The position numbers and the translations under genes were made by a program. A stretch of 64,000 bases of DNA from Coriobacteriia bacterium (lineage in GTDB: Bacteria; Actinomycetota; Coriobacteriia; Anaerosomatales; JAAXUF01), in NCBI GenBank assembly GCA_038249135.1, contig JBBRWO010000003.1, positions 1,860-65,859 of the forward strand. The letters run 5' to 3'. The notes beneath the pieces are model-generated. The model saw nothing but the letters and a program-made list of their open reading frames with translations, ran no database searches and had not been told where the DNA came from. This document shows, one piece after another, positions 59,844 through 64,000 of this stretch. The stretch's first letter is position 1; every line of letters starts with the position of its first letter.

Positions 59844-62800
59844 CTAGTGACAACTCGCACATGCTGGCGCGACGCCACCCAGCGGCTTCTCGTAGACATC
59901 GAAGCGATCGACGGTCACGTTCGTCGCGCGAGCGTACTGGCTCTTCGTCCCTTTCACCTTCACCGTGAGCGTGTGCGTTCCCGGAGCGAGCGCTCTGCTC
60001 CTGTACACCTCGACCTGGTTGCGGGTGATGTCGGAATACAGGTCAACGGTTCCTTGCGAGACGCCGTCGATGAGGACCTCGGCGAAACCACGGTAGGGGT
60101 CGTTGTCGGCGCGGATGGCGATCTGCTCTCCGGTGAACTGGACGGAGAGTGTCGAACCGGTGACATTGGACTGCTTCTGCTGTCCGGCGGTGTAGGACTG
60201 CGATGTCTGCACCCTCCACGTTCCGGTGGTGGTGACGGTGTTGGCCAGGTAGCGGTTGGCCGGGGACGCGGCATGGCTGCGTTCCTCGAGGAAGCGGGCC
60301 GATGTGTCGGCGACCTGGCTGGTCGAGTGGCACAGCGGACCGCCGCAGGTCACCGACTCGCTTGCAACGTGGCTGTCAGCAGTCTGGTCACCGTCGTCCA
60401 CACCTCGTGACGTGGGACCGACCCACGGTGTGGCCGAGGTCATCGTCGACGCATGCCCGGAGTGCGTGGCCGACACCGAACCCTCGTGACACGCCACGCA
60501 TGCGGCAACGGCGTGGCATGAGCCACACTTCGAGACCGAGGTGTCGACTCCGGCAGGCCAGGTAGCCTTGGAGTGGATGACGTGGAGCGCAGCGACACTG
60601 GTCTCTTGCGAGGCCGAGAACGCGAAGACGCCGAACGTGTCGATGTAGCGCGGCACCCCGGACGTAGAGGACGCTCCCCAGCCGGGATGGCAGGAGGCGC
60701 CGCAGTTTGCGTCGCGGTTGTGATAGGGATGAGTGCCTGCGAGCGACTCGTCGTGGCACTTTCGGCACGCGGTAGCGTAGTTCACCGGAGCGACCGAGAA
60801 CCCGTGGGGATCAGCGGCCGACGCTCCCCCATGGCACGCGCCGGTCTGGCAGTTCTTGTCCCACACGGTGAACGAACCGCGAGGACCACCATCGGCGTGA
60901 CAGGCCTGGCATCCGGCTGCGGCCGACGAGCTGGTCGACTTGGCGTGCTCAACGACCAACTCGGCCGAGTGGCACTTCGCACACGCGGTGCGGTCGTCCG
61001 AGGCTATGAACTGGGATGCAGGATGCGCGTGCCCCTCGTGGCAATCGAAACATGTGGTCTGATCATCGGTCTCGATCTCGTCGAGCTTCATGCTTGCAGT
61101 GAAGATGTTCTCCGGGAGCGATGGTGGCTCGAGGACGAATCGTACCGCCTCGGCAGGGGGATTGAAGGTGAGGACTGTGTCCACCTTTGAAATGTCGGTC
61201 GGAGGGTAATACAGCGGCGCCGAGTACCGAGACGTCCATACCCCGTTCGAGAGCGCCTCGACCTTGACGACGGAACGCACCTTCACGGTAAGCCGCAGCC
61301 TGGCGGAGGTGATGCGGCCGGAGTCGGGCGCGAAGCTGGTGCTCTCCCATCGCTTGTTCGTGAAAGCGACTTCTGTGGAGCGCAGGTTGGCGCGGTAGAC
61401 CTGTGCTTTCATCGAATCAGGATCCGACGCCGAGTGACATGTGGCGCAGGTGAGCGCGTTGCCTCCCGCGTCGCGAGCCGACTGCTTCGCGTGCTCGCGG
61501 GTCAGAACCGCGTCGTGACATGCATCGCATCCTTGCCCGCCGAACGCGACCCGATGATCGGCGGGGATGTCATGCGGACCGACACGCGGACTCAGCGGAT
61601 TCACCACTTGGTGGCAGTACGTGCAGTCAAGTGCCTCACGGGGCGCATTGACCGCGTACTTCGAAGCGTCGGAACGATCCTTGTAGGAATACGAGAAGGT
61701 CCCGCCGTGATCCCCATCAACGGGGCGGATGTAGGCAGGTGCCGGCCACGAGGCCATGGTGTTTCCAGCAGATCCATAGCGGTGACATGCGTCGCAGTGC
61801 CCCAACCCGGACACGGTGAGTCCCCCTTGCTCGTGGCAAAGGAAGCAGCGGTTGTCCTGGTGGTAGTTGTCCCCGAACGTGGTGTTGTGGACGTCGTCGA
61901 ATCCACCTGAGCCGGGAAGATCCTTGTAGGAGGTGGAGTTGTACACCTCACGGTCGGTGTAAGTTGGTCCGCGATGACAGCCTTTGCAGGCATCGTTGGC
62001 ATCGTCCACATAGGGCATGTCGACGAAGCCGGTCACGTCGAAGTCCCATGACGCGACCTTGGTCAACTGCTTACTGCTCCGAATCGAAACGTCGACATGG
62101 TGCGAACCCGACGTCAAGCGCTGTTTAAAGCGAATCTCGGCATGTGTATCGGAGAGACTCATCGCAACCGAGGGCGTGACGGGCTTGCCGTCCACGGTCA
62201 TGACAACGGTCGTAGGCCCCAAGCCGTCGGGCTCGTCGAAGTCGACCGCGATGAGCGGCGTGTCAGTGGTCAGCACGCTTCCCGCCGCCGGCGTGATGTT
62301 GCTCGCCTGTGGCTCGACACCCACGTAGAAGTTCCAGTCGTTGGTCTTGTCGGTGTACGCGCTGTACGACGACTCGAACCCGTGGACGTCCTCTGCCATG
62401 ACCCTCACGTTGTGGGTTGTCCGGGGAGTGAACGCCGTGCCCTCATGAGTCACGAGATACCCACCGTCGATGGAAGTCGCGACGTGAGGGACTAAGACGT
62501 TGTCCACATAGAACCGAATCGTGTCCGAGCTCACTCCCGAGCTATCCGTCACCCTCGCCGAGATAACGGGAGTCGTCGATCCTGTTGATCCCCCGTACGC
62601 GGGCTGCTTGGACCCGACCGCAGGACGATCCTTCACGTATGAGATCGACCACGTGACTTCCGCACGCGTCCCGAGTGTGTCAAGAACCGACAACTCGACC
62701 GAGATCGGTCCGCCCTCGGGGAACGCCGGGCCCAGCGCGTACGTGAGAATCCCGTGACTGTGCTCCCATTCGGTTCCGGCCCATTCATCGGACCAAGAGA

Positions 62801-64000
62801 GTTGCGGCACCGCCGTCACGATTTGCCCCGACGGCAAGGTGAGCTTCAGGCTCTGTGAGCCCTCGGCAATCCCGTCGGCGTCGAATACTCTCGCCTGGAT
62901 ACTCCCATAATCCGTGAGTGCCCCGTCCGAGGGTGCGAGCGAGCTGAATGCGGGTGCAGCTGGCAGGTCGACGTGAAAGCTCCACGTCGCCTCCGCCGGT
63001 GCGCCCACGTTGTCCGTACATGACACGCGCACCTCGTGCGGGCCGTCCACGAGCTCAGCGAGCGGCTTGGCCGCAATCGAATACCCCTGAGCGACGGGCG
63101 TGAGCGTAACGGGAAGATCGATGCCGTCCACCCGCATCGTCACCGAATCCGCGTCTATTCCTGCCGAAGAGTCGACGAAGGTGACCGATATCGTAGGCTG
63201 CACGGATGACTGGTGGACTCCCTGCGCGGGAGAAGGGTGGCTCCACACCGGAAATCCGGCGATGGCCATGAACCGGCGGGTGTAGGTCCGCGACACCCCT
63301 AGGCTGTCGGCGACGGTGATCGCAGAGTCGAATACCTGGCCATCCGCGGGATTGGCGACAGCGGTACTGATGGTGAGCGCGGTGTCCGCGGCCGAGTACG
63401 CCGTCCAGGGCGTAACGGTACGCGTGGTCGTGTTCACTGAGTCGCTCATGCGAACAATGAGTGAAGATCGGTCGATCGCATCATCATCGGCTAGGCCGAT
63501 ATACCGACTCACGGAAGGCTGGATCCAGCTGACGGGTTCTCCCATGTCGTCGTAGGTCCAGTAGCCCCCGCTCATCACCGCGAATCCGGAAGATGCGCTG
63601 TCAGATGTGATACGCGGAGCATTGTTGGTCTCCGCACGCGAAAAGATCCACGACCGCGTCACGAGATGCCCCGCCCGGTCGGCGGCAGTGACAGTCACGC
63701 CATGGTTCCCTATGGCGAGAGGGAGCGATGGCACGTAGGTGAGCCGGTAGCCCGATGCGACCGTTACGACGGAGGGAGTCACAAGTTGCCCGTCGACCGT
63801 CATCAGGATGGATTCAGGGGCGATGCCGCTTCCGGTATCAATGAGGTCGGCGAAGATCGGCCTCTGCGGATCCCACACCTCGGTTCGTGGGCCCCATGCA
63901 GACACCTGCGGAAACGTCTCATCGACGGTGAAACCCCACGATGCGTTCGCCGTATTGCCTACACCGTCCCGAGCTCCGAGGGTGACGGTGTAGTCGCCGT
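59844..64000 (-). CDS. giant extracytoplasmic multiheme c-type cytochrome with N-terminal Ig-like (Big_5-like) repeats; 5' end beyond the right edge of the window
   Basis: The frame stays open from 63905 to 64000 (GDYTVTLGARDGVGNTANASWGFTVDETFPQ...). At least six modules of about 100 aa end in W-x-F (ASWGFTV, RSWIFS, ATWSFHV, VTWSISY, NDWNFYV, ASWDFDV). The C-terminal 714 aa carry 13 CXXCH plus CX4CH, CX3CH and CX4CH variants, and the protein ends in ...PACASCH-stop. Confidence 0.85.
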   Translation of the reverse strand, partial: GDYTVTLGARDGVGNTANASWGFTVDETFPQVSAWGPRTEVWDPQRPIFADLIDTGSGIAPESILMTVDGQLVTPSVVTVASGYRLTYVPSLPLAIGNHGVTVTAADRAGHLVTRSWIFSRAETNNAPRITSDSASSGFAVMSGGYWTYDDMGEPVSWIQPSVSRYIGLADDDAIDRSSLIVRMSDSVNTTTRTVTPWTAYSAADTALTISTAVANPADGQVFDSAITVADSLGVSRTYTRRFMAIAGFPVWSHPSPAQGVHQSSVQPTISVTFVDSSAGIDADSVTMRVDGIDLPVTLTPVAQGYSIAAKPLAELVDGPHEVRVSCTDNVGAPAEATWSFHVDLPAAPAFSSLAPSDGALTDYGSIQARVFDADGIAEGSQSLKLTLPSGQIVTAVPQLSWSDEWAGTEWEHSHGILTYALGPAFPEGGPISVELSVLDTLGTRAEVTWSISYVKDRPAVGSKQPAYGGSTGSTTPVISARVTDSSGVSSDTIRFYVDNVLVPHVATSIDGGYLVTHEGTAFTPRTTHNVRVMAEDVHGFESSYSAYTDKTNDWNFYVGVEPQASNITPAAGSVLTTDTPLIAVDFDEPDGLGPTTVVMTVDGKPVTPSVAMSLSDTHAEIRFKQRLTSGSHHVDVSIRSSKQLTKVASWDFDVTGFVDMPYVDDANDACKGCHRGPTYTDREVYNSTSYKDLPGSGGFDDVHNTTFGDNYHQDNRCFLCHEQGGLTVSGLGHCDACHRYGSAGNTMASWPAPAYIRPVDGDHGGTFSYSYKDRSDASKYAVNAPREALDCTYCHQVVNPLSPRVGPHDIPADHRVAFGGQGCDACHDAVLTREHAKQSARDAGGNALTCATCHSASDPDSMKAQVYRANLRSTEVAFTNKRWESTSFAPDSGRITSARLRLTVKVRSVVKVEALSNGVWTSRYSAPLYYPPTDISKVDTVLTFNPPAEAVRFVLEPPSLPENIFTASMKLDEIETDDQTTCFDCHEGHAHPASQFIASDDRTACAKCHSAELVVEHAKSTSSSAAAGCQACHADGGPRGSFTVWDKNCQTGACHGGASAADPHGFSVAPVNYATACRKCHDESLAGTHPYHNRDANCGASCHPGWGASSTSGVPRYIDTFGVFAFSASQETSVAALHVIHSKATWPAGVDTSVSKCGSCHAVAACVACHEGSVSATHSGHASTMTSATPWVGPTSRGVDDGDQTADSHVASESVTCGGPLCHSTSQVADTSARFLEERSHAASPANRYLANTVTTTGTWRVQTSQSYTAGQQKQSNVTGSTLSVQFTGEQIAIRADNDPYRGFAEVLIDGVSQGTVDLYSDITRNQVEVYRSRALAPGTHTLTVKVKGTKSQYARATNVTVDRFDVYEKPLGGVAPACASCH

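Noticed and set aside
59811-59846. TAG read-through or pyrrolysine joining the cytochrome to the downstream in-frame ORF
   Set aside because: The downstream ORF is 4-nt-coupled to a PIN toxin gene and behaves as an antitoxin. There is no Pyl-related gene or signal in the window, and ending on CXXCH is compatible with a genuine C-terminus.

Overview
High-GC chromosomal segment (about 65% by eye) with actinobacterial-type synteny: uvrA, uvrC-[membrane protein]-rapZ-yvcK-whiA-gap-pgk-tpiA-gpmI-secG, rpsA-coaE-SLT-uvrB and amt-glnK-glnD. I call 54 protein genes, most on the minus strand and many joined by ATGA/GTGA/TGATG overlaps, plus one tRNA-Leu(GAG). I saw no rRNA, CRISPR array, transposase or integrase. 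Two genes run off the window edges and are missing from the ORF track: a HAD hydrolase on the left and a giant cytochrome on the right. Accessory content: (1) a sigma-54 module, rpoN + PAS histidine kinase + NtrC-type activator in one operon, with three canonical -24/-12 promoter matches in intergenic DNA. They lie upstream of rpoN itself, of a Zn-ribbon/HMA/ccdA cluster and of a PHP phosphoesterase gene. (2) An ArsR-regulated P1B-type ATPase whose N-terminal metal-binding domain carries an in-frame TGA exactly where the first Cys of the CxxC motif belongs, which is either selenocysteine or a fresh nonsense mutation. (3) A protein of more than 1385 aa made of Ig-like repeats followed by 13 CXXCH and 3 variant heme motifs. 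(4) A partner-switching set with a fused STAS-kinase. (5) A CsoR-family repressor with matching palindromic boxes at two loci. (6) A B12-radical SAM gene paired with a degenerate radical-SAM-like gene. (7) A small 12-Cys protein in an AT-richer islet. (8) A VapBC-like pair. Gene starts were refined from the ORF track using RBS spacing and gene overlaps. All functional calls come from reading motifs by eye; no database search was run.
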